A DNA stretch of 41,015 nucleotides from a virus. Taxonomy: Duplodnaviria; Heunggongvirae; Uroviricota; Caudoviricetes. Below are positions 25,890 to 34,416 of this stretch, one piece after another. The stretch's first letter is position 1, and every line of letters begins with the position of its first letter. The stretch lies in IMG/VR virus record IMGVR_UViG_2880389630_000006; one strand, written 5' to 3'. The notes beneath the pieces are model-generated. The model was not told where the DNA came from, did no database searches, and saw only the letters and a list, made by a program, of their open reading frames with translations. The position numbers were made by a program, and so were the translations under genes.

Positions 25890-27365
25890 TTAAGCATAGG
25901 GATCGTAATCTGTGATGGCCTTGCCTTGCTGGTTCTGCTGCCCGGGAATTCGCAGACGCTTCGACACAGGGAACGCAAACGTCAGCAGTAGCGCATCGCC
26001 TTTACCAGGCGAACGCCCAAGCCGCTCCTTGATATCTTCCTTCGGTTCGATAACGATTTTACCGTCCACTCGAACTTTGTACTCTGCCGCCGACAGATCG
26101 TCCGCTGTTTCCTGGTCATCCAGCATCCCGCCCAGCCTCAGCCATGTCTTGCATGAGTTGAACATCTCCCCACGCTTGTTGAGCATCTGCTGGTCAGTAG
26201 ACGCGCCACCGAACGGAACAAGTTGCCATGTACGACCCCAGCCGTCACCGATTGACTTCAAACCGGTTCCGTAACCGAAGTCGATGAACACCGCGTCAGC
26301 CTGATACTGGTCTTCAAAGTCAGCGATACGCTTCGCCATAATCAGATCGTCGGTAGTCTTGTTGCCAGTCCACAGCACCTTACTGTGTAGCCCCTGCCGC
26401 AGGTATATCACAGCGTCATCAACGCCGGAGTATGCCGGGTCAACGCCGATTATCACCGGAGCATGTGCAACCTGCGCAGCGGTGACCACCCGTTTCATTG
26501 CCTCGTCAGTAAGTCCGGTAGGGATAAACTGCAATTCAGATGCATCCGGGAATATGCCGCGCACACGGATTTTAACGAAGTCGCTGTCTTCCCCGTAGTC
26601 ATCAACCCATTTCTGCAACTGCTGTTTGTTAGTGCCTTCCACCGTCCGGCTGTCAATCTGCGCAGTTTTCCAGCGGTGTTTATATTTGCGGAAACATTCG
26701 CGGAAACGCCCGGTGTTACGTGTAGGGTTTCCGAACGCCACCCAGATAATCTCAGTGTCTTCGTCCGTAAGCGCACCCTCAGCAACTTCCCACACCAGAT
26801 CCGCAATGTTCGACGCTTCATCGAATACCACGATGATGCGTTTGCGCTCGTTGTGTAGTCCGGCGAATGCCTCAGTGTTGTGCTCAGACCAGGGTATTGC
26901 GTCAGCTCGCCACCGCTTGTCGTGTCCAGGATCATTGCTGTACATCGCGGTAGCGGTACAGGTAAACCAGTCTTTCGTGATAGCAAGGTTCGACCACTTG
27001 ATAATTTCCGGCCAGGTCTTCGTTCGTAGCTGGTTGTCGGTGTTGGCGGTCACCACAACCTTACAATCCTCGCAAGTGGACATGCCCCAGTTGATCAGCA
27101 TTGAGATGAATGCGGATTTACCAATACCGTGACCCGAAGCGCGTGCCAGCATAAGCGGCTGATAGCGCGTCTCTGGATTCTGCAGGTGATCACGTATCTC
27201 TCGGAACGCATCAGCCTGCCACTGACGTGGACCGGTGGCATGTGCCAGTTCAGTCCCATCTTCCCCCCACGGGAACGCATAGAGGGCATAGCCAAGCGGA
27301 TCGTGAGTGAACCCTGCAATATCCTCGATTAACTGCTCTTCAGGAGATAACGCTGTATCTGTCAC
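25890..27365 (-). CDS. Terminase large subunit
   Basis: 491 aa; P-loop-like ARASGHGIGKSAF in the N-terminal ATPase region, acidic nuclease-type motifs in the C-terminal half; follows the small-subunit gene with ATGA overlap. Confidence 0.8.
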   Translation of the reverse strand: MTDTALSPEEQLIEDIAGFTHDPLGYALYAFPWGEDGTELAHATGPRQWQADAFREIRDHLQNPETRYQPLMLARASGHGIGKSAFISMLINWGMSTCEDCKVVVTANTDNQLRTKTWPEIIKWSNLAITKDWFTCTATAMYSNDPGHDKRWRADAIPWSEHNTEAFAGLHNERKRIIVVFDEASNIADLVWEVAEGALTDEDTEIIWVAFGNPTRNTGRFRECFRKYKHRWKTAQIDSRTVEGTNKQQLQKWVDDYGEDSDFVKIRVRGIFPDASELQFIPTGLTDEAMKRVVTAAQVAHAPVIIGVDPAYSGVDDAVIYLRQGLHSKVLWTGNKTTDDLIMAKRIADFEDQYQADAVFIDFGYGTGLKSIGDGWGRTWQLVPFGGASTDQQMLNKRGEMFNSCKTWLRLGGMLDDQETADDLSAAEYKVRVDGKIVIEPKEDIKERLGRSPGKGDALLLTFAFPVSKRLRIPGQQNQQGKAITDYDPYA

Positions 27366-27994
27366 TGATTACCATCCTGACGTTCTTTGAGTCGCTTCCT
27401 GGCTGCTGCTATGCGATCAGCAATTGTCACATTCACATTAACATCCAGACGTTCTTTGAATGCGTTGACATCAACATGCTTACCAATCAGCTCAAGGTTC
27501 TTCACCTTGTCAGGCCATTTCACCTTCTTCAGGATATGCTCGACATCCTCAACAGAGAGATCCGCCTCGCCATTCTCTTTTTGCAGGGAAGCCTGGGTTG
27601 TCTTGATGGTAGCGATATCCATAGCACTGAGAGAGGTACGCCAGACCTTCGGCCATTCAGCGATCGGCTTCATCCCGCCGTCATCGTTCAGTATATCCAG
27701 CACGTCCATCTGGTCGATCTCCACCAGGCGCATGAGAACGTAATCAGCACTGACGCGCATTCGTTTGTTGCGCTCCTCCATCAACTCGGCAATCCGTTTT
27801 TGAATGCGTTCATCGCGCATCATGACACTTGCTTTAACTGCCGCTGTATTTGGGGAGAATCCTGCGTTAATCGCTGCCTGAGTCTGGTTTTCAGGCGTTT
27901 TGATGTATGACTGGCAATAAGCCTCCTGCATTGCTGTTAGTGGCTTAAATTGCGTTGATTTACGTTTATAGGTTTTAGGTTCAGCAGGCATCAT
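27362..27994 (-). CDS. Terminase small subunit
   Basis: Internal ATG at 27994/27991 (MMPAEPK...); the track start is TTG and its extension runs through a tandem DNA repeat, so it is rejected. Confidence 0.6.
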   Translation of the reverse strand: MMPAEPKTYKRKSTQFKPLTAMQEAYCQSYIKTPENQTQAAINAGFSPNTAAVKASVMMRDERIQKRIAELMEERNKRMRVSADYVLMRLVEIDQMDVLDILNDDGGMKPIAEWPKVWRTSLSAMDIATIKTTQASLQKENGEADLSVEDVEHILKKVKWPDKVKNLELIGKHVDVNAFKERLDVNVNVTIADRIAAARKRLKERQDGNQ

Positions 27995-28068
27995 AACCAC
28001 CGTGGTAATAGTTACCGTTGTGGTAATAGTACCATGCAAAATAAAGCCGCCATAGTTGGCGGCAGTAT

Positions 28069-28281
28069 TCAAAGTCCATCAAATTCATCGTAAAAACTCT
28101 CGTCAAGATACCATTCCCATTTACCGCGAATGAAAATTACATCCTCGCCGCAAGGGTGCTGACTGTCGATAACTATATCCCTCCTGGCGCAACCATACTT
28201 ATTCATGAGAAATTTAACCTCTTTCGGAAAATTTGCTGAGTTATCTCTCATATCTTCAAGGTCGTAGCGTATTTTTGGCAT
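28069..28281 (-). CDS. Hypothetical small protein
   Basis: ATG at 28281 (MPKIRYDL...); AT-rich; the track's GTG start at 28302 lies inside the 12-bp palindrome. Confidence 0.4.
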   Translation of the reverse strand: MPKIRYDLEDMRDNSANFPKEVKFLMNKYGCARRDIVIDSQHPCGEDVIFIRGKWEWYLDESFYDEFDGL

Positions 28282-28290
28282 AACACCTTC

Positions 28291-28302
28291 GTGACATGTC
28301 AC
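28291..28302. repeat. 12-bp perfect palindrome GTGACATGTCAC, copy 3 of 3
   Basis: Exact sequence, overlapping the stop codon of the 28299-28640 gene. Confidence 0.9.
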
Positions 28303-28640
28303 ACTATTAATTTCGTTTCATGCCAGCCTTTGGTCACCCAGCATTGCGAGTCACCATTACACGGGCATGAATTAACTGGAACTCTCTCGCCGCACTTACC
28401 GCAACGTTTTCTGCTGATCGATTTTATACGCCCGCGCACGCGTGCATCATCCTGGCGGATCAGTAACGCTATATACTCACCAAATTCGTAAGGCGCACGC
28501 CCGGGGCGACGCGTGGCACAGTTACGCTCCAGCATTTCAATTTCCTGAGCATCAAGCACAATTTCCAGCTTACGCACACCAGATGCAGCTTGTCTGGCTC
28601 TCTGAGCGGCTTTGCGCTCTGCTGCTGATTTAGCCATCAA
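28299..28640 (-). CDS. Small basic protein with C-terminal Cys-rich (zinc-ribbon-like) segment
   Basis: 113 aa; RKRCGKCGERVPVNSCPCNGDSQCW cysteine cluster; basic N-terminus. Confidence 0.45.
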   Translation of the reverse strand: MMAKSAAERKAAQRARQAASGVRKLEIVLDAQEIEMLERNCATRRPGRAPYEFGEYIALLIRQDDARVRGRIKSISRKRCGKCGERVPVNSCPCNGDSQCWVTKGWHETKLIV

Positions 28641-28672
28641 TATTTACCTTTATCGCGAACACATTTACCGGT

Positions 28673-28915
28673 TTATCTCCTTTGCATAGCACGTAATTTT
28701 TTCAGATGGTTCTCCTGTTCTGTTTCAGCCAGGATCTGGTGATATTCTCTGTGATCAATGTGTTCGAATAAATTATTGAATTTTCTGATGCACACTCTTC
28801 CAGGATAGCCATCCATCCTCTTGAAGAATACTGAGTGATCAGTACTACGAATGATTTTTACTGGATAGCCAGCGCTATCGGTGTATATCTGACCACGTTG
28901 AATCAGAGAGAACAT
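28673..28915 (-). CDS. Hypothetical small phage protein
   Basis: 80 aa ORF, AT-rich. Confidence 0.4.
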   Translation of the reverse strand: MFSLIQRGQIYTDSAGYPVKIIRSTDHSVFFKRMDGYPGRVCIRKFNNLFEHIDHREYHQILAETEQENHLKKLRAMQRR

Positions 28916-28981
28916 TCGTTTATCCCCAGATAAAAATATAGCAATACCAATTACATAAAATACTTCAGGCCAAGCATCATT

Positions 28982-29515
28982 TCACCCCTGCGGCGGTTCT
29001 GGTAGAGGCATCCAATTGATTACATCGCATTTAGGGATGCTGATATCATCACCAAGCCACCCTTGACCTTCAGACCAGCATTGCACGTAATACCCGTATT
29101 CTGTGTTCACTACGCACCACTGCGCGTCGTTCGGCATTCGATCACTACAGCTTATCCAACCATCCGGAGTTACCGGAGTTGGTCCATCGAATTCGGGCAT
29201 GTCAGGACCTTTTCTGATAGCTTTAGCCAGCTCCAGCGGGTCATCGTAAAGCCAGTCGCCAGTTTGTGGGTGATTTGCTTCTGCAAGCTGCGCAGCCCAT
29301 TCAAGACCATCTTTTTGACCTTGGAGATAATCAAGTGGCAACTCTTCATGATTACTTGCAGGTTCGGCACTATCAGCTTCGCGCCGCTTCTGTAGCTCTG
29401 CTGCCATTGCTCTCACGACTTCAACTGGTGCCCTTGCAGCAAACTCTATGTTGGTGATCAGCTCATTAAGATATTGCTCGCCTGGATACTGTTTCTTATC
29501 GGTTATAGTGGTCAT
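28982..29515 (-). CDS. DUF551-like phage protein (tentative)
   Basis: ATG at 29515 with SD AAGGAGAG; C-terminal W/C-rich segment (WISCSDRMP...WMPLPEPP) resembles the DUF551 signature. Confidence 0.45.
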   Translation of the reverse strand: MTTITDKKQYPGEQYLNELITNIEFAARAPVEVVRAMAAELQKRREADSAEPASNHEELPLDYLQGQKDGLEWAAQLAEANHPQTGDWLYDDPLELAKAIRKGPDMPEFDGPTPVTPDGWISCSDRMPNDAQWCVVNTEYGYYVQCWSEGQGWLGDDISIPKCDVINWMPLPEPPQG

Positions 29516-29516
29516 A

Positions 29517-29924
29517 TCACTCTCCTTTCCCATGAAGCATAGCGGCGCGGCAGGCGTTCCATATTTCGGCAGCAATATCGCGCTCGCTATCGGTTAATTT
29601 GTACGTGGAAACATAGCCAGAGAGCATTTCTACGTTTTCCGGAGTTGCTTCTTCCGGCACTACCGGCGCTGGCGGGGCGGCAAATAGATATCCGCCAAAG
29701 TCAGGAAGCTCTCCAATGGCCTGTACGAACTTTTGTTTGCCTACGTCAACTCCTAATGGGTAATGAGCTATAATCTTTGCCACCGGCTCTGCTTCCAGCG
29801 ATAACAGTGCAATTCGTGCCAGTTCTTCCGCTTCTTCTGCTGGCAGTACAACGTTGCTACCCGGTCCGTATGTTTCGCGCCACTGCTTGATTGTCAGCAG
29901 TCGCCCTTTGGTAATAGTGATCAT
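29517..29924 (-). CDS. Hypothetical phage protein
   Basis: 135 aa ORF coupled to its neighbours. Confidence 0.45.
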   Translation of the reverse strand: MITITKGRLLTIKQWRETYGPGSNVVLPAEEAEELARIALLSLEAEPVAKIIAHYPLGVDVGKQKFVQAIGELPDFGGYLFAAPPAPVVPEEATPENVEMLSGYVSTYKLTDSERDIAAEIWNACRAAMLHGKGE

Positions 29925-30436
29925 GCCGCGTTTCCTTCTTTCTTATTAACAATCACACCGTCATATATTTCATTAAGGTGCCCTCTCAACTCCATGCGCC
30001 TTAATGCAGATAACATGTAATCGCATTCAACCTGCTTATTCCCAGTAAATGGCTTATCGTCAGGATTACCCCAACAGCAATTACCCCTGGGCCATCCATG
30101 TACTTTCCGTACTCTTCCGTTAACAACGTGAAGTAATCCCCAGCCGGGAGGTAAATCCTCAACTGAAATAATTTCCGGCTCACTAATAAAGAATCGCCAG
30201 TCGCCCATGCCAAGTGAGGGATTTTTACGGAAACGCTTTTTTCTATCTGCCAACAAGTCAGCACGAGAACACTTCGCCTCTATCAGGCATGATGCTGAAT
30301 TTCTGAATCCCATAGCATCTGGCTGTTCTCCGGTACTGGTTACAGCAACAAAGCGGTCATGAAAGCAAACCTTGAACCCGTTGCGCTTAAGGAACTTGTA
30401 CGCAATCTGACAGAGTTCGTGGTGTGTTAACGCCAT
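29921..30436 (-). CDS. PD-(D/E)XK nuclease-like protein (tentative)
   Basis: ATG at 30436 with SD AAGGAGAG; D...EAK motif (PDAMGF...CLIEAKCS) consistent with a restriction-endonuclease-like fold. Confidence 0.4.
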   Translation of the reverse strand: MALTHHELCQIAYKFLKRNGFKVCFHDRFVAVTSTGEQPDAMGFRNSASCLIEAKCSRADLLADRKKRFRKNPSLGMGDWRFFISEPEIISVEDLPPGWGLLHVVNGRVRKVHGWPRGNCCWGNPDDKPFTGNKQVECDYMLSALRRMELRGHLNEIYDGVIVNKKEGNAA

Positions 30437-30437
30437 A

Positions 30438-30881
30438 TCACTCTCCTTTGATGCGAATGCCTGTTGCAATGCTGTTTATGATGCTGTCAGTGCATGGGGT
30501 AGAAAGCTGGGCATCTCCAGCAATTTTCATGACCTCAACATCTGCATATCGAATACCGAGGTGTATCAGACCGGCTATGCCTGACTTAAGCCGAGCATTT
30601 TCCATAAATAGAACTTTTGCCCGCTGTTTTTCTGCTTCAAGCTCAACGCGCAGCTTCCCTACCGTTAGCGCAATATCCTCGTTCTCCTGATCGCGGCTTT
30701 TGATGTATTGCAGGTTTCTTTCCCGTTCATCCAACAATGCCAGCGCGATATCTGGCGAAAAGTGCTTCATAAAATCGTTAAGCGCATTAATTCGCTGATC
30801 GAAAGGCATTACAGGTGCTTCACCAGCAATTTTTGTTTTTTCAGCGATTTCACGAAGCTTTTGATAATCAATCTTGCTCAT
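30438..30881 (-). CDS. Ead/Ea22-like protein
   Basis: N-terminus MSKIDYQKLREIAEK and coiled-coil centre typical of lambdoid Ea22-like proteins. Confidence 0.5.
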   Translation of the reverse strand: MSKIDYQKLREIAEKTKIAGEAPVMPFDQRINALNDFMKHFSPDIALALLDERERNLQYIKSRDQENEDIALTVGKLRVELEAEKQRAKVLFMENARLKSGIAGLIHLGIRYADVEVMKIAGDAQLSTPCTDSIINSIATGIRIKGE

Positions 30882-31315
30882 TGGATGACTCCTTTACGAA
30901 GCTGGGCGGCTAACTCATCACATATGTGCGTCAAAGAACAAAGTTTGATTGATGGATGTTCGCGCATCATCTCTACCCCCTGCGCCCGCACTTCAGACAG
31001 GAAAGCATCGGTGGCTGGCATATTTCCTGTTGCCTTCATTGCCTCCAAAATAACCAGAACGCCATCTCGCCCAATCTCCTCGCAGATAACCTCGGTGCTG
31101 TCGCCAACAACATCGCAAAATGCCTGAACTGCTTTACGAGCCAGCGCATTCTCCGCAGCCAGCGCATTAGCACGCACCAGTTGCACTTCCAGCTGCGTTG
31201 CCAAATCGCTGATCAGCTTTGCCACACTGCGCATATCAACGGCACCACATTCTGCTTTCAGTTCCGAAGCCATCTCATGCCCGGCGGAAACTAACCCTTT
31301 GATATTACTTTCCAT
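30878..31315 (-). CDS. Hypothetical phage protein
   Basis: 145 aa ORF overlapping the downstream start. Confidence 0.45.
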   Translation of the reverse strand: MESNIKGLVSAGHEMASELKAECGAVDMRSVAKLISDLATQLEVQLVRANALAAENALARKAVQAFCDVVGDSTEVICEEIGRDGVLVILEAMKATGNMPATDAFLSEVRAQGVEMMREHPSIKLCSLTHICDELAAQLRKGVIQ

Positions 31316-31376
31316 CTTTACCCTCGCTTATCCACATAACTTATTGATTACATTGATAACTAAAAAGATCGTCGAT

Positions 31377-31985
31377 TCATGCCGATCTATTTTTCATCAG
31401 TGATTCATAAAACTTTTGCCACTTATGCCGACCGAAATTAGCCTTCGAGTTACAGCTCGAACAAAGGCAAATAAGGTTCTCCTGACGACAATCTTGCTTG
31501 TCGTAATTGATGTGATGAGTTGTTAGCCTTTTGTCTGTTCCATCACAACCTGGGTTCTGACAAGTAAAACCATCTCGCTCAATAACCCTCTTGCTCGTTT
31601 CTCGGAAATCCCACGGATACGGCAATCTCGATAATCCACCAGACCAGTTTGGATTTCCTTCCCCCTTCATCAGAGAAGAACGCATTATGTTGGAACACTG
31701 TTTCGAGCAGCATTTATGACGCTTCTCATGACTCAAGAAAACGGAGAACGAAGATCCGCATACGCAGCATATTTTTAATACTCGCTTTAGTTCCCGATTT
31801 ACCGTCTTGCCTCGCTGTGAAATTCCTACACACTGAAGTGAGCAGAACCTTGAAGATGAGTTGGCTCGCTTAACCTGATATTGCCTGCCACATACGGAGC
31901 AAACCTTTTCGATTTTCCCACCCTTCCAATTCGGGTTTTTATCACCGGATACAATCAATCCCGCAGCATTGGGCTTCTCGCTCAT
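31377..31985 (-). CDS. HNH endonuclease with repeated Cys-rich zinc-ribbon motifs
   Basis: HNH-type motif TTHHINYDKQDCRQENLICLCSSCN; two N-terminal CxxC...C clusters (VCSVCGRQY..., ICCVCGSSF...). Confidence 0.75.
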   Translation of the reverse strand: MSEKPNAAGLIVSGDKNPNWKGGKIEKVCSVCGRQYQVKRANSSSRFCSLQCVGISQRGKTVNRELKRVLKICCVCGSSFSVFLSHEKRHKCCSKQCSNIMRSSLMKGEGNPNWSGGLSRLPYPWDFRETSKRVIERDGFTCQNPGCDGTDKRLTTHHINYDKQDCRQENLICLCSSCNSKANFGRHKWQKFYESLMKNRSA

Positions 31986-32335
31986 AGTTCCTCAACCTCC
32001 CATCCACCACCGAGCTTTTTAGGTTTTGGATAAGCAACCTGAAAGACAAACGGATAGCTGTCTGCCGCAACCTTCATCTTGACTCTCGCATCGTCAGTAA
32101 AGACTGACTTACTTCCCTTAACGTCCACCATCACCAACTGCCCGTCAGCCAACATCACGGCAAAATCTACAGTCAGGAAGCAGTTGTCAGCTAACCGTAG
32201 CTTGATACCCTCGAATCGATACCAGGCGATTTCCCCTGCACGTTTACGAAGCTCAAGGTGCTGGCAATACGCAGATTCTGTTTTGTTCATCTGGCCTGTT
32301 TTGAGTCGACCAAGAGCCTGTATCTGTTTTCTCAT
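31982..32335 (-). CDS. DUF1064-like PD-(D/E)XK nuclease (tentative)
   Basis: 117 aa; AGEI...FE and DF...VDVKG motifs reminiscent of the DUF1064 phage nuclease family. Confidence 0.5.
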   Translation of the reverse strand: MRKQIQALGRLKTGQMNKTESAYCQHLELRKRAGEIAWYRFEGIKLRLADNCFLTVDFAVMLADGQLVMVDVKGSKSVFTDDARVKMKVAADSYPFVFQVAYPKPKKLGGGWEVEEL

Positions 32336-32337
32336 GA

Positions 32338-32354
32338 TTTACCCCTGAGGTAAT
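32338..32354. promoter_or_regulatory. Operator TTTACC-CCTGA-GGTAAT abutting the start codon at 32335
   Basis: Perfect 6-5-6 inverted repeat. Confidence 0.5.
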
Positions 32355-32399
32355 TAAAAACCACATAAGACACGAAATCAATAGATTTTAGAATATTTT

Positions 32400-32416
32400 A
32401 TTACCTAACAGGTAAT
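32400..32416. promoter_or_regulatory. Operator ATTACC-TAACA-GGTAAT
   Basis: Perfect inverted repeat 46 bp from the previous site, between the P-like and DUF1064-like genes. Confidence 0.5.
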
Positions 32417-32452
32417 TGTCGAGGCGTAAAAAAATGCGCTATCGCGCTGGTA

Positions 32453-33253
32453 TTACTTGATAAATCCTGCCGCCTTTCCCCGCCTGTATTCCTCCATCAG
32501 CCACTGCGCCGGTGTTATTCCCCCCAGGGTAGCGGCGTTAGGCATACACCCGAAACTTCGCCCTGGTGGATGGTAAACGTCTCTCCCTGTGTCCGGAGGC
32601 GTACTCATGGGTTCTGGCTTTGCCTGTATGCTGATCACCGGATCGGGTATCTGCTGTCCGGAAGCCACCTTTTTCGCCCAATCATCAAGCAGCCTGCGCG
32701 CGTGTTTCTCAACCTCAATCTCGCTAAGCTGGCGCTGATACATTGCACGGCGGGTATCACATACGACCCAGTACATAACCGGATGCCGCCACGGGAATCT
32801 TTCGGGACCACCAGGATATAAACTTTTTTCCTTGCTGTACCGGTGAAACTCCGCCATCACATCGTCAATGGTGACGCCAAGAACCATCTTGCTGTCTTTA
32901 CACCACTTGATAAATTGCCCTGGCGACGGCCAGAACGGAGATTCACTGGCGCGGGCGTGGCGCATACCAGCAGAAACCTGTTCACGGGTTCGGATCCCCC
33001 CTTCGGCAAACGCAGCAATCCACTGCTGTTTTGCAGCAACTTCCTGCTCTGGCGTCTTCAGGTTGGTTACCACTGCCGCCGGAAACAGTTGTTTCAGCTG
33101 TTTAAAAAGGGCATCAACAAGCCTCTCTGCTGACATGTTCACCACATTGTCATTGTTGACGTACTGATGCTCATAACCTGACATGCGAGAAAGGGCTTCT
33201 CCGTCACGGTTTTGTATCGCGGTAAAAACGTTGTTCACAAGAAATCCTCCCAT
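32453..33253 (-). CDS. Replication protein P-like (helicase loader)
   Basis: Strong similarity to lambda P: here LFPAAVVTNLKTPEQEVAAKQQWIAAFAEGGIRTREQVSAGMRHARASESPFWPSPGQFIKWC versus lambda P LATFPASLANRDQNEVNEIRRQWVLAFRENGITTMEQVNAGMRVARRQNRPFLPSPGQFVAWC (recalled from memory). Confidence 0.85.
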   Translation of the reverse strand: MGGFLVNNVFTAIQNRDGEALSRMSGYEHQYVNNDNVVNMSAERLVDALFKQLKQLFPAAVVTNLKTPEQEVAAKQQWIAAFAEGGIRTREQVSAGMRHARASESPFWPSPGQFIKWCKDSKMVLGVTIDDVMAEFHRYSKEKSLYPGGPERFPWRHPVMYWVVCDTRRAMYQRQLSEIEVEKHARRLLDDWAKKVASGQQIPDPVISIQAKPEPMSTPPDTGRDVYHPPGRSFGCMPNAATLGGITPAQWLMEEYRRGKAAGFIK

Positions 33254-34050
33254 GCTTCAGGGCTGTTCCAGTGCGGAACGTTGTTATCAGGTAATGTTGA
33301 TTGCTTCTGTCTGCTAATCTGCAGCCGCCTTGCCAGCTTCTGCTCCCACTGTGCCTGATGGTATGCCTTACCCTCAGCCATCCAGTAAATTCTGAACTCT
33401 GCAAGTTCCTGTGCCGTTGGCAGACTGTCCAGGTAGATCCCCTGCAATGAGCTTTTCCGAAGAAAGTCATCTGATGGCTGCCATTGTTCATGCATGACAA
33501 ATTTGCCTAATTGCCCTGGCCCACCAGGAGGAACAAAGTTATTCATCACGGCGTTGTTTGCTCCGGGGTCATGAGGCACAGAATCCCCGCTTTTTGTCCT
33601 GCTCTCCCTCTCTTGGTTAAATGACTGGTTATATGACTGGTTCTGGATCCCGTTTTTGGGATCATTCAACATCCCGTTTTTGGGATCATTCAACATCCCG
33701 TTTTTGGGTATATTCCCGTTTTCGGGTATATTCCCGTTTTCGGGTTCATTGCCCCCCTCCCGGTTGCCTTTAATGTTCCCGTTTTTGGTTATATTAAGAG
33801 AGAAAACCCGCACTCTTTTTGTCGCTCCCTTTCTCTCTCCGGTATCTGAAATAATCCCCATTTTCATGAGCGATATAAGCCCGGCCTGCACGGTTTTTTT
33901 ATTCAGGCAAGTGTCTTTAACGAGGCGTTCTATGCTGGGGTAGCAGAGGTTATATTCATCGGCTCTGTCAGCCATCGAGAGCAGTATGAGCTTTAATGAT
34001 GAGCTACCTGGATCTGTCTCCCAAGCCCAATCTGTTGCATGTCTGCTCAT
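33235..34050 (-). CDS. Replication initiator O-like protein
   Basis: HTH-containing N-terminus, iteron array inside the coding region (Asn/Gly/Pro peptide repeats), immediately upstream of the P-like gene. Confidence 0.7.
   Translation of the reverse strand: MSRHATDWAWETDPGSSSLKLILLSMADRADEYNLCYPSIERLVKDTCLNKKTVQAGLISLMKMGIISDTGERKGATKRVRVFSLNITKNGNIKGNREGGNEPENGNIPENGNIPKNGMLNDPKNGMLNDPKNGIQNQSYNQSFNQERESRTKSGDSVPHDPGANNAVMNNFVPPGGPGQLGKFVMHEQWQPSDDFLRKSSLQGIYLDSLPTAQELAEFRIYWMAEGKAYHQAQWEQKLARRLQISRQKQSTLPDNNVPHWNSPEAWEDFL
33647..33796. repeat. Replication-origin iterons (about 6 copies, core TCCCGTTTT(T/C)GGGAT)
   Basis: Two identical 24-bp units atcccgtttttgggatcattcaac (33647-33670, 33671-33694), then four shorter variants through 33796, followed by an A/T-rich tract; palindromic core like lambda ori iterons. 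Confidence 0.7.
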
Positions 34051-34065
34051 GATTAATCTCCGCTA

Positions 34066-34266
34066 TCAGCTTGAATGTTGTGGGGAGGAATTAATCATGA
34101 TCTGCTTAATCTCTGCCCTGATGCGACGGTTTGACTCCATGGTGCACTCAACACAGTGTCCGTTGTAAACCCAGCGTTCACTGTCATGTCCGTGCTTACA
34201 TGGTTTTCCGGTGTAGTAGCGTTTAAGTCCGCGCTTTGCGGCATCAATACGTGTAATGATTTCCAT
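34066..34266 (-). CDS. Small Cys/His-rich protein (zinc-binding?) in the cII-equivalent position
   Basis: ATG at 34266 (MEIITRIDAAKRGLKRYYTGKPCKHGHDSERWVYNGHCVEC...); no similarity to lambda CII recognised. Confidence 0.4.
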   Translation of the reverse strand: MEIITRIDAAKRGLKRYYTGKPCKHGHDSERWVYNGHCVECTMESNRRIRAEIKQIMINSSPQHSS

Positions 34267-34344
34267 GGTAAGCCCTGTTATTAGTATTGGGATTACGGTT
34301 ATTTTGTGCTGACACAAAAAAAAGATCAACCAGATTTGGTTTTT

Positions 34345-34361
34345 TATTACCTTTGAGGTAC
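34345..34361. promoter_or_regulatory. Operator-like site ATTACC-TTTGA-GGTACG (degenerate right half)
   Basis: Same motif family, between the Cro-like gene and the next gene. Confidence 0.35.
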
Positions 34362-34416
34362 GAATAGATATGAAAAGACCGCCGGATGGCGGTCTACAGA
34401 GGGTTGTTGCCAGATA

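Noticed and set aside
33647-33796. Short tandem repeats considered as a CRISPR array
   Set aside because: Units are 18-24 bp with no intervening unique spacers and lie in-frame inside the O-like gene; they are ori iterons, not CRISPR repeats.
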